NCBI GenBank assembly: GCA_030840105.1
Contig: JAUZGC010000259.1
Span: 1 to 37,269, forward strand
DNA: 37,269 nucleotides
Source of the DNA: Microbacteriaceae bacterium
GTDB taxonomy: Bacteria > Actinomycetota > Actinomycetes > Actinomycetales > Microbacteriaceae
Reading direction: 5' to 3'
Positions 8,753-17,139 of this stretch are shown piece by piece. How positions within the stretch are numbered: position 1 is the first letter of the stretch; the number at the start of each line of letters is the position of its first letter. The notes beneath the pieces were generated by a model that worked only from the letters and a program-made list of their open reading frames with translations, searched no databases and was not told the DNA's origin. The position numbers and the translations under genes were made by a program.

Positions 8753-8854
8753 TGGTATTTCAGTGCAAACACTAGGGAATTACGGTCGTGTTACGCAATG
8801 TCCCAGGCGTTTCACCGCGCGAACGCGGCGTCGTCGGCCTCGGCAACTCGCTGA

Positions 8855-10003
8855 TCAGTCGAGTCCGCGGGCGCGCGCGATCTCGGCCATGGTCTGGGCG
8901 GCCTTGAGGCCAGACCCGGTGAGCACCATGACCGTGGTTTCACCCTCCTGCAGGAGGCCCTGTCGAACGAAGCCCGGAACCGCGGCGGCGGCGATCGAGC
9001 TCGTCGGCTCCGCATAGAGTCCCTGCGCTGCAAGCGACAGCACGGCGTCGGGAATCTCGGCCTCCGAGACGGTCTGGAACCCGCCGCCGGAGTTGCTCAC
9101 CGCCGCGAGGACCTCGCGGTCGCGCACCGGCCTCGCGATCGACGTGCCCTCGGCCAGGCTCGGCTTCCACTGGCCATCACCGACCGCGTCGCAGCCGGCG
9201 GCGAACGCGGCGGCGAGCGGCCCACAATTCTCCGGCTGCGCGACCAGGATGCGCGGAACCTTCGGGATGGCGCCAGACGCGACGAGTTCACTGAAACCGA
9301 TGAAGCATCCGAGAACCAGGCTGCCCGCTCCAGCTGGCACGACGACGCTGTCGGGGGCGACGAATCCCAGGTCCTCCCAGATTTCGTAAGCCAGGAGTTT
9401 GGTGCCCTGAATGAAGAACGGATGCCAATTGTGGCTCGCGTAGAATCGCTCGCTGGACTGGCGGATCGCCTCGTCGGACGTGGCCGTGCGGTTTCCGGGG
9501 ACGAGCCCGATCTCCGCCCCGTGCACGCGGCTTTGCAGGATCTTCGCGGCGGAGGTGCTCTCTGGCGCCAGGATCTTTGCCTTGATACCCGCCGCAGCAG
9601 CGTAGGCGGCGACGGACGCGCCGCCGTTGCCCGAACTGTCTTCGAGCATCTCGGTGATGCCCTGGCTGGCCAGAACCGACATCATCACGGTGGTCCCGCG
9701 GTCTTTGAAGCTGCCCGTGGGGTTGAACCACTCCGGCTTGACCAGCACGGGGACCTCGCCGACGGTGGCGTGCAGGAGCGGAGTGCAGCCCTCTCCGAGC
9801 GACACCCGGCGGTGCAACTCCACGGGAAGGGCGGCGCGATAACGCCACTGCGATCGCTCGGAGCGATCGACGTCATCGCGCGTGATTCCGGCAAGCGGAG
9901 ACACCATCAGCGGAGTGCCGTCATCGCCGCGCCAGCGCGCCTCATCGATGGAATACCGCGCATCGCTTCTGTCGTAGAGATATGGCTGCGTGGAGTCTGC
10001 CAT
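8855..10003 (-). CDS. Threonine-synthase-like PLP-dependent enzyme (fold type II, ThrC family)
   Basis: ORF 8855..10129 trimmed to ATG at 10003 (MADSTQPYLYDRS..), preceded by AGGACGA. The motif WFNPTGSFKDRG carries the PLP lysine. Also EDSSGNGGASVAAYAA and a VPAGAGSLVLG glycine loop. Confidence 0.8.
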   Translation of the reverse strand: MADSTQPYLYDRSDARYSIDEARWRGDDGTPLMVSPLAGITRDDVDRSERSQWRYRAALPVELHRRVSLGEGCTPLLHATVGEVPVLVKPEWFNPTGSFKDRGTTVMMSVLASQGITEMLEDSSGNGGASVAAYAAAAGIKAKILAPESTSAAKILQSRVHGAEIGLVPGNRTATSDEAIRQSSERFYASHNWHPFFIQGTKLLAYEIWEDLGFVAPDSVVVPAGAGSLVLGCFIGFSELVASGAIPKVPRILVAQPENCGPLAAAFAAGCDAVGDGQWKPSLAEGTSIARPVRDREVLAAVSNSGGGFQTVSEAEIPDAVLSLAAQGLYAEPTSSIAAAAVPGFVRQGLLQEGETTVMVLTGSGLKAAQTMAEIARARGLD

Positions 10004-10014
10004 GGGTCGTCGTC

Positions 10015-11064
10015 CTAACTGTCCGTGGGCTGTGACGTGGTGGTTTGAGTCGGGTGTTGGCTTCGCGCCAGCTCGCCAACGAGGTCGATGCCGGCGAGTT
10101 CTCGCACCCTGCCCGTCGGAAGGCCGCACCCAAAGAGGTAGTGCAGCTTGGTGAGCGCGGCCTCGGTGGTCATGTCCCCACCGTCCACGACGCCGACATC
10201 CGCAAGGCTCGTACTGACCTCCGATGCACCAAGGGTGATTTCACCCTCGAGGGACTGGGTGACGGCGATGAGCACCTGCCCGCGCGTGGTCGCTCGGGCG
10301 AGAGCATCGAGGAGCCCCGGAGTGTGGGTCGGCAGATTGCCGTACCCGTAGCACTGCAGCACCGCACCTGGCACATCATCACCGAGGATGGCGGACACCG
10401 TGCGCGCGCTGATGCCTGGATACATCCGGATCACCGGAATCTCGATGTCGTCGAAAAAACCAAAACCCACGTCTCGTCGCGTCGCCTCGCTCGTGCGATC
10501 CCGCGAATCGTCAGGACGCGGAGCGGCGATGTACGCGCGATCGGCGCTCGTGGAGTACTTGATCGCTCGCGTTCCGCTCAGCGCGACTCCGCCGAAATAG
10601 ATTTCTACTGAGGGTGAACGGGTTCGAACGAGATGCTCGATCGCGCCAAGGAGGTTCCCTGGGCCGTCCGAGTTCGGCACCGACAGTGGTCGCTGGGCAC
10701 CCGTGAAGACGATCGGCTTGTGCCGGCCCGCGAATGCATAGGAGACGGCCGCGGCCGAGTACGCCATGGTGTCGGTGCCATGCACGACCACGAATCCGTC
10801 GACGTGGTCGTAACGCGACGTGATCGCCTCGACGATCTGCTGCCACGACGCCGGTGTCGCGTTGGCGCTGTCGATTTGCGGCTCGAGCTCCGTGATCGAC
10901 TATGCCGCACCTGGAATCTCCGACGACTGCAGCAACTCATCGATCCGGTCCGCTACCGGCGCCGGCGCCAACCCACGCTCGGACGCCTGCATACCGAAGG
11001 TCCCACCTGTGCTGATGATGGCGATGTCCAGCTGTGCCGGATGCGCTGTCAGGATAGCCGTCAT
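10015..11064 (-). pseudogene. ansA: Type I (cytoplasmic, AnsA-like) L-asparaginase interrupted by an in-frame TAG at codon 55 (10902-10900)
   Basis: ORF 10015..10791 (VVVHGTDTMAYSAAAVS.., GTDTM motif) lacks the catalytic N-terminus. Reading the same frame upstream gives MTAILTAHPAQLDIAIISTGGTFGMQASERGLAPAPVADRIDELLQSSEIPGAA*SITELEPQIDSANATPASWQQIVEAITSRYDHVDGFVVVHGTDTM. That restores the TGGT motif and an ATG at 11064, which forms an ATGA overlap with the GNAT stop. There are no frameshifts, only one TAG. Confidence 0.8.
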
Positions 11065-11531
11065 GACGCGGAGAGTTCCATCGCCATGGCAACCATGCCG
11101 GGGTGGTCGGAACGCTGCTTCTCGGTAAAGCCGAGTCGCTCGTAGATGCGAAGCGCGGGCATATTCCCCTCGAGTACGTATAGGTCGGCGCGGCTCGCCC
11201 CGAGGTCCCGCGCCTTCTCGAGAACGAGGACCATGAGGATGCTCCCGAGGTGGTGTCCGCGCCGGTCAGGGGCGACGATCACCCGGCCAATCCGGCACAC
11301 GTTGCCGGAGAGAGTGAGATCCGCGTGGCCGACGGGTGCGTTCGGGTTCGTTCCGTGCACGAGTACCCACGCCGTCCTGCCGTCGATCTCGTCGAGCGCG
11401 CTGAGCTGGCTTTCCGTCAGCGGCCAGTCGAGACTGGTGCCGGAGAACTGGTGGAGCGCGTCACGGTCGGGGACCCAGCCCACGATGGTGGCAATGTCGG
11501 CGGACTCCCTGCGGCGCAGGATCATCGTCAT
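11061..11531 (-). CDS. GNAT family N-acetyltransferase
   Basis: 156 aa. RVIVAPDRRGHHLGSILM (R/Q-x-x-G-x-G/A acetyl-CoA loop) and YERLGF. Confidence 0.8.
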   Translation of the reverse strand: MTMILRRRESADIATIVGWVPDRDALHQFSGTSLDWPLTESQLSALDEIDGRTAWVLVHGTNPNAPVGHADLTLSGNVCRIGRVIVAPDRRGHHLGSILMVLVLEKARDLGASRADLYVLEGNMPALRIYERLGFTEKQRSDHPGMVAMAMELSAS

Positions 11532-11559
11532 ACGTCATCGGTCCATTGTTGTCGCAGCT

Positions 11560-11571
11560 GCGTCATGACGC
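11560..11571. promoter_or_regulatory. Perfect 12-bp palindrome GCGTCATGACGC in the 51-nt spacer between the M19 dipeptidase and the GNAT gene
   Basis: Read directly. A related half-site, ACGTCAT, lies at 11533-11539. Confidence 0.25.
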
Positions 11572-11582
11572 CACGAGATCGC

Positions 11583-12764
11583 TCATACCCAGGCCTCACC
11601 AAGCACGCGCAGGATGTTGCCCCCGAGCACCTTGACGATGTCCTCGTCGGAGAAGCCGTTGTGCACGAGCCACGCCGCGATGTTGTGGAAGCTCTCGGTC
11701 GGGTTCTCGAGCCCGTCGACGTACTCCACCCTTTCGTGAGACGCGGTCGTCGCTCCCGCGGCACTGAGCAGGCTCGCGAAAGTCGTGTGCAAGCCCACAT
11801 GGTCGCCGTAGAGCGTGTCCGGCCCGAACCCGACGTGGTCGATTCCGACGAGTTCGAGGCAATACATGAAGTGGTCCATGACCGAGAGGATGCTGTGCTT
11901 CGGATGCTCGTACGAGATGGTCGTGTGCGGCGCAGCCGACATCCCGATCACTCCGCCCGACGCCGCGATCGCCCTGAGGGCATCGTCCGACTTCAGCCTC
12001 GGGATGTCCCAGATTGCGCGGGCGCCGGCATGCGTCATGAAGATCGGCTTGTCCGAGGCGTCCGCCGCTTCGATGCCCGTCCGGTCGGACGAGTGCGACA
12101 CATCGATCGCGAGGCCGAGCTGGTTCATGCGCCGGATCGCTGCGCGACCGAATTTGGTCAGGCCGAAGTCGTTCGGCTCGGTCAGGCCGGCTCCGAGCCC
12201 ATTCGAGTCGGAGTATGCGATTCCGATCTGGCGGATGCCGAGCCCGTACAGCACGTCGAGCTTGTCGAGGTCGTTGCCGATCGGTGTGGCCGCCTCGAGG
12301 CCGAAGACGAGGCCGACCTTGCCTGCGGCATGGGCGGCATGGATGTCGTCGACCGTGCGGATGACGACGACGTCGCGCTGGTGCGCGAGGTCGGCCTGCC
12401 GCATCCCGAGGTCGGTCACAACGTCATCGAACTGCCAGGGAGTGTTCCCGGTCACCGTCGCGGTGCCGTCCATCATGTTGTCGAACACGACGGTGAGACC
12501 GGATGCGGCGAGCCCCTCGAATGCCGTGTGCTGGCGACCGGTGCGGTTGTACGCCGGGGTGTCGGCCATGTCATGCGGGAACCGCACGGGGTGGTCGTGC
12601 AGGCTGATCGTCACGTTCTCGGCAAGCAGCCGCTCCGCCCTCGCCACCTCGTCCGCCGTGAAGCCGCCCTGGTACGGTGCGACCCGGTCGAACTCGGGGG
12701 CGAGCGGGTCGATGGGCAATGCCAGGTCGCCGTCGAGGTAGTCGTACGAGCGGTATTCGTTCAT
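11583..12764 (-). CDS. Membrane-dipeptidase family (peptidase M19, renal-dipeptidase-like) dipeptidase
   Basis: ORF 11583..12830 trimmed to ATG at 12764 (MNEYRSYDYL..), an ATGA overlap with the M20 stop. Motifs SLHDHP, GLTVVFDN, AIDVSHSS, FMTHAGA and GFGPD match the M19 zinc ligand pattern. Confidence 0.8.
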   Translation of the reverse strand: MNEYRSYDYLDGDLALPIDPLAPEFDRVAPYQGGFTADEVARAERLLAENVTISLHDHPVRFPHDMADTPAYNRTGRQHTAFEGLAASGLTVVFDNMMDGTATVTGNTPWQFDDVVTDLGMRQADLAHQRDVVVIRTVDDIHAAHAAGKVGLVFGLEAATPIGNDLDKLDVLYGLGIRQIGIAYSDSNGLGAGLTEPNDFGLTKFGRAAIRRMNQLGLAIDVSHSSDRTGIEAADASDKPIFMTHAGARAIWDIPRLKSDDALRAIAASGGVIGMSAAPHTTISYEHPKHSILSVMDHFMYCLELVGIDHVGFGPDTLYGDHVGLHTTFASLLSAAGATTASHERVEYVDGLENPTESFHNIAAWLVHNGFSDEDIVKVLGGNILRVLGEAWV

Positions 12765-14161
12765 CGGGTCGCTCCCACCGTCGCATCGTTCGGCGTCAGC
12801 GCATGCGGACCGGAGGCCAGCAGCGTCCACAACCGCTCCCAGGCGCGCAGACCCTCAGGGATGCGTCTGGTGCGCAGGAACTCGTTGGGCGCGTGCAGGT
12901 TCTCGTCCGCGGTCGAGAACGAGAAGAAGAGAGTCTTCGCCCCCGTCACCTCCTCGAAGAGAGTCGTCGCCGGAAGCGTTCCCGCGATCACCGCGAGCAG
13001 CACCTCCTCGCCCGGGTACACGTGATTCAGTGCCGCGGTCGCTGCCCCGATCGCGGGGTGCTCCGGCTCGATCCGATATGCGGGCACCCTCGCCTGGTCG
13101 ACCGTGAGCGTGACGTCGATCCCCGGAAGGACAACGCCCCTGACGTGGCGCTCGATGGCCGCAATAACCCGGTTCGGGTCCTGCTGGCCAACCAGGCGCG
13201 CCACGATGTGGCCGGTCGCGACGTGCGGGATGACGGAGTACTTGCCCCCACCGGCCACGCCTGTGATCTCCAGGGTCGGCCGCTCCCAGAGTCGCTCGAG
13301 GGTGGTGAGGCCCTTCTCACCGAAGAGCTCGGCAACACCGAGCGAGGCCATGTACTTGTCGTCATCGAATGGAATCGCCGCGATCTGTGCGCGTCGTTCG
13401 TCAGTGATGTCGGCGACGCCGTCGTAGAAACCGGCGACCGCGACGCGGCCATCCTCGTCGTGCAGGCTGGCAAGGATCGCGCTGAGCGCGTGCACGGGGT
13501 TGGCGACCGTTCCGCCGAAGCGACCGGAGTGCAGGTCGCTGTTGGCACCGTGGGCCACGATGTCCAGGGACACCAGACCCTTGGATGCGGTCGAGAGCGA
13601 CGGCTCGCTTGGCCGCCACTGCGCGCCATCGGCGGAGATGACCAGGTCGGCCGCGAGTTCTTCGGCGTGAGCTCGAACGTAGCTGGGGAGGTTGGGACTC
13701 CCGATCTCCTCTTCACCCTCGATCAGGAACTTGACGTTGAGCGGCAGGCCTCCGCGCTGCGCGATGAACGCCTGCGCAAGCTTGAGCACGATGAAGACCG
13801 GGCCCTTGTCATCCGTAACGCCTCGCCCGCGCACCACGTCGCCATCCACTGTCATCTCGAACGGGTCGGTGTCCCACTCATCGCGACTGCCCGTCGGCTG
13901 TACGTCGTAGTGGCCGTAGACGAGGATGGTCGGCGCCCCTGGCGCGTTCAGCCAGTCGGCGCGCACGAGCGGGAAGCCGTCGGTCTCGACCACCCTGCCG
14001 TTGGCGAATTCGAGCTGGCCTGCGACCCAGGCGGCCGCCTCACGCATGGTCTCCGGGCTCGCGCTGCGGCTGACACTCGGGATCGCGACGTACTCGGCGA
14101 GTTCATCGAGCAGGACCTCGAGGGGCTCATATGCCAGTTCGTCGCTCACTTGCGGGCCCAT
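12761..14161 (-). CDS. M20 family metallodipeptidase (CNDP/Dug1-like subgroup)
   Basis: ORF 12761..14497 trimmed. The 5' extension is R/G-rich junk overlapping the creatininase gene. Starts are possible at ATG 14161 (MGPQVSDELAY) or GTG 14149 (GTGA overlap with the upstream stop). Motifs VYGHYDVQP, WDTDPF, RGRGVTDDKGP and EGEEEIGS. Confidence 0.85.
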   Translation of the reverse strand: MGPQVSDELAYEPLEVLLDELAEYVAIPSVSRSASPETMREAAAWVAGQLEFANGRVVETDGFPLVRADWLNAPGAPTILVYGHYDVQPTGSRDEWDTDPFEMTVDGDVVRGRGVTDDKGPVFIVLKLAQAFIAQRGGLPLNVKFLIEGEEEIGSPNLPSYVRAHAEELAADLVISADGAQWRPSEPSLSTASKGLVSLDIVAHGANSDLHSGRFGGTVANPVHALSAILASLHDEDGRVAVAGFYDGVADITDERRAQIAAIPFDDDKYMASLGVAELFGEKGLTTLERLWERPTLEITGVAGGGKYSVIPHVATGHIVARLVGQQDPNRVIAAIERHVRGVVLPGIDVTLTVDQARVPAYRIEPEHPAIGAATAALNHVYPGEEVLLAVIAGTLPATTLFEEVTGAKTLFFSFSTADENLHAPNEFLRTRRIPEGLRAWERLWTLLASGPHALTPNDATVGATR

Positions 14162-14859
14162 CCGTTCTCGAGCAGGTCGCGAACCTCGAGTACACCGGCA
14201 TCCCAGACCTTCTGCATGTCTGCGTCCGGCCGGCCGTAGTCGCCGCCGTGACTGCCGTCCGGCGCGTACTCCCGCATCTCGGTGCGCGAGAGAACCGCGG
14301 TCAGCGCACGCGGCAGCGGCGGAATCGAACCTTCCGGGATGTCTGCCCCTTCGACGCGCGTCCAGGCAAAGTTCTCCACCCACGCGCCGTGCAGCTGGAC
14401 GTCTGAAAACTCGCTGGCGGCTTTGGCCGTCTGTGGTGCGTTGTACCAGCTGTGGAACAGTACCTCCACGGGCTTTTCGCGCGGAATGCTGGTCCACTCG
14501 CGGATCAGTCCGGTGATCGGCGCATTGCCGCCGTGGCCGTTGACCAGTGCGATGCGCCGGAAGCCCTGCCCGGCGAGCACATCGAGGAGGTCACGGATGA
14601 CCTCGATGTACGTGCTCATCCGCAGACTCATGCTGCCCGGGTATTCGGTGAAATACGGACTCATCCCGAATGGCAGCGTGGGCAGCACGGGTATTCCGAG
14701 CGGTTCGGCCGCCTCGACGGAGACCCGCCCGGCGAGAATCGCGTCGGTGCCGAGCGAGAGGTAGCCGTGCTGCTCGGTCGATCCGACCGGAAGCACGATC
14801 CGGTCGTCGTGCTCGAGGTACTTCGCGATCTGCATCCAGTTGCGGTCGTATATCTCCAC
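14146..14859 (-). CDS. Creatininase-family (PF02633) amidohydrolase
   Basis: LPVGSTEQHG and ALVNGHGGN motifs, 237 aa. Confidence 0.8.
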   Translation of the reverse strand: MEIYDRNWMQIAKYLEHDDRIVLPVGSTEQHGYLSLGTDAILAGRVSVEAAEPLGIPVLPTLPFGMSPYFTEYPGSMSLRMSTYIEVIRDLLDVLAGQGFRRIALVNGHGGNAPITGLIREWTSIPREKPVEVLFHSWYNAPQTAKAASEFSDVQLHGAWVENFAWTRVEGADIPEGSIPPLPRALTAVLSRTEMREYAPDGSHGGDYGRPDADMQKVWDAGVLEVRDLLENGWARK

Positions 14860-14867
14860 GTGTTTCC

Positions 14868-16160
14868 TTACCTCTCAGCCGAGATCTTCGGCCGTTGTTG
14901 TGCCAGTGCGGCCGTGCGCGCCATCTCGTTGCCCACGATCATGAGTCCCTCGTCGACACCCATCCCCGGTTTTGCGAGCACCTGGCTCGCCTCGCACGCC
15001 ATCGCGACGTGCGCGGATATCTGGGCCGAGCGGTCCGTCTCGTTGCACGTCCCGCCGCAATAGGCTTCGAGTCCGGCTTCCCTGGCCAGCAGCAGGGCTT
15101 CAATCGTGTCGTTGACGCCCCCGAGATCCGGAGTCTTCACGTGGATGATGTCGGCGGCTCCGGCTTCGACGAAGAGCCGGATGTCCTCGATCGTGTTGCA
15201 CCACTCGTCGACAGCCAGGCGTACGGACGAGCCACGCGCTCGCAACTCGCTCCGCAACTGAACGTAGCGCTCGATCTGGTCGTCTCGGTTGCCTGCGTCG
15301 ATCGGGTGTTCGACGGCGAGGTCGTATGGCGCGCAGATGTCCCCAAGGCCCGTCAGGTAGTCGGCGACCGCCGCAACGTCGCCGCCGAAGGCCATGCCGA
15401 TCGTCCCGTAGGTATCGATGTGGATCCGCGGCCGATACTCGGGCGACGGCCGAAGCTCCCCGATGCGGTTGACGAGCCAGCCGAGGTACTCCTCGAGGAT
15501 CTCACCCCGGCGTCCGAGCTTCTCCGGCGTGTTGATCAGTGCGTGCGGCAGCACGTCGACCGACTTCAAGATCATCTTGTCGGCGTTCAGGTAGCGATCG
15601 TCGCCCGTCTGGGCGTAGATCGGAACGGGCAGCAGGGCCGCTCCCGTTGCATACTCGTCCCTGATCACTTCCGCCATGCTCAGCCTGCGAGAGGCGGCCA
15701 CAGCGCCGAGGATCGCCTGGCTGACTCCGTAGCGGATGGCCGTGTGCAGCCCGCCCTCCGGCGTACGGATGGCGTCAACCTCGGCGGTCAGCTCGCGAAA
15801 TCCGGTGAGCGGCCGCCCGAGCAGCACGGGCGTGACAAGTTCGGCGACATCCTGTGCCGCGCGCGCGGACGAGAAGACGGGATCGCGGCCGCCAGCGCCG
15901 CTGTACTGCACGGCCGCGCAATCGCCGTAGACAACCGTTCCATCGTCGAGCAGCAGCATGACCGAGAGAGCCTCACCTGGCTGTCGGATCGAGGCGAATC
16001 CGGGCGTGAGCGGCTCTCCCGTGTAGCCGAATCCGTCGTGTGATGCGCCGGCCCGGATGGCTGCCTGGTCATCCGCGTAGAAGCCGGTCCGTACGGGAAC
16101 CGTGAGCACGTCGATGATCGTGAGGTCGCCAGCGGACGGACCTGCCGGTCGCGCGCTCAT
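14868..16160 (-). CDS. 3-Methylaspartate ammonia-lyase (enolase superfamily, MAL family)
   Basis: TGFYADDQAAI, AVQYSGAGGRDP, VDVLPHALIN, HIDTYGTIG, VKTPDLGGVN, CGGTCNETDRSA and KPGMGVDEG follow the characteristic MAL motif order. ATGA overlap (16157-16160) with the downstream KPR-family gene. Confidence 0.85.
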   Translation of the reverse strand: MSARPAGPSAGDLTIIDVLTVPVRTGFYADDQAAIRAGASHDGFGYTGEPLTPGFASIRQPGEALSVMLLLDDGTVVYGDCAAVQYSGAGGRDPVFSSARAAQDVAELVTPVLLGRPLTGFRELTAEVDAIRTPEGGLHTAIRYGVSQAILGAVAASRRLSMAEVIRDEYATGAALLPVPIYAQTGDDRYLNADKMILKSVDVLPHALINTPEKLGRRGEILEEYLGWLVNRIGELRPSPEYRPRIHIDTYGTIGMAFGGDVAAVADYLTGLGDICAPYDLAVEHPIDAGNRDDQIERYVQLRSELRARGSSVRLAVDEWCNTIEDIRLFVEAGAADIIHVKTPDLGGVNDTIEALLLAREAGLEAYCGGTCNETDRSAQISAHVAMACEASQVLAKPGMGVDEGLMIVGNEMARTAALAQQRPKISAER

Positions 16161-17110
16161 GCGATGCGGGATGCGACGAAGGCCGCCAGTTCGTCGAGGT
16201 TCCTCACCTCACAGGTGCGGCGGCCCTCTTCGATGTCGTGGATCATCTCCACGACCCGGTCGAAGATGGGTCCCTGGATGTCCTTGTGAACCTCATCCAC
16301 CTCGGTCTTGCGCTTGCGCACCATGAGATCGCGGTAAATGCCACTGTGACTCTTGGCGCTCTTGCGGTTGAAGACCGCAAGGCGGTCAAGCGAGCCTTCG
16401 AGATCGTCCGGAACGAAGCCGTCGAAGCTCTCAACCGCGACCGGGGCTTGCGCGAGCACTTCCTCGGCGAGCGCGACCATGAGCAGACGATACGCGGGCC
16501 GCTCAAGCGTCTCGGCGATCGACAGGTCGGACACGGCACCGGCCCAGAGCATCGCGCCGTACGCCTCCTTGCCCCAGAGGTACCCGAGCACGTTGTCGGT
16601 CGCCACTGCGTACGGAAGCGCATCCGCCAGCTCCTGCACCCTGGGCGTGATTGTGCCACCGGCAATCTCACCGACCCGGAAGGTACCGATGTTGCCCTGC
16701 ATCACGCGCCCCGGACCCATCACGTCGGCCCCGAAGTTGACGAAGCTCGAAATCACGCGATCGGCGCCGACCGCCTCGATCAGGGTGTCCGCGGTGAGGC
16801 CGTTCTGCACAGTCAGCACGAAGCCGTCCGGAGCAAGCCTGTCCCGGAGGAGAGCGGCAGCGGATGCCGTGTGCAGGCTCTTCACGGCGACAATGGCGTG
16901 CTCGATCGTGTCGGGAAGCTCCGCGGGCGTGATTGCTGGAATCCGAACGGTGAACTCGTTGACCGGCCCTTCGATTAGCAGCCCGCCCCGCTGGATCGCC
17001 TCCACGTAGTCCTTGTCCGCATCGCACAGCGTGATGTCGTGGCCCGCCCGGAACATGTGTGCCCCGATCGTGCCGCCGATCGCTCCGGCGCCGATGATTG
17101 TCAGTTTCAA
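16157..17110 (-). CDS. Ketopantoate reductase (PanE/ApbA) family NAD(P)-dependent 2-oxoacid reductase
   Basis: ORF 16157..17776 is over-extended across the alpha/beta hydrolase gene. I start it at TTG 17110, preceded by AAGGAG and a 6-nt spacer. This gives MKLTIIGAGAIGGTIGAHM (Rossmann GxGxxG), VAVKSLHT and a C-terminal ApbA_C-like part (KSHSGIYRDL). Confidence 0.75.
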   Translation of the reverse strand: MKLTIIGAGAIGGTIGAHMFRAGHDITLCDADKDYVEAIQRGGLLIEGPVNEFTVRIPAITPAELPDTIEHAIVAVKSLHTASAAALLRDRLAPDGFVLTVQNGLTADTLIEAVGADRVISSFVNFGADVMGPGRVMQGNIGTFRVGEIAGGTITPRVQELADALPYAVATDNVLGYLWGKEAYGAMLWAGAVSDLSIAETLERPAYRLLMVALAEEVLAQAPVAVESFDGFVPDDLEGSLDRLAVFNRKSAKSHSGIYRDLMVRKRKTEVDEVHKDIQGPIFDRVVEMIHDIEEGRRTCEVRNLDELAAFVASRIA

Positions 17111-17139
17111 CTCGATCTCCTTGAAATGGTGTTCGGCCG

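Noticed and set aside
10610-10630. GGGTTCGAAC string resembling a tRNA T-arm
   Set aside because: It lies inside the asparaginase coding frame, with no flanking acceptor or anticodon stems. Not a tRNA.
14146-14859. Creatininase-family gene as mycofactocin peptidase MftE
   Set aside because: No radical-SAM MftC, MftB, precursor peptide or glycosyltransferase is nearby. The context is peptidases and MAL, so a generic amidohydrolase call is safer.
6440-14859. A creatinine / N-carbamoylsarcosine pathway, suggested by the co-occurrence of creatininase-family and isochorismatase-family genes
   Set aside because: The two genes are 7 kb apart in different sub-operons. No hydantoinase, creatinase or sarcosine oxidase is present, and family membership alone is not specific.
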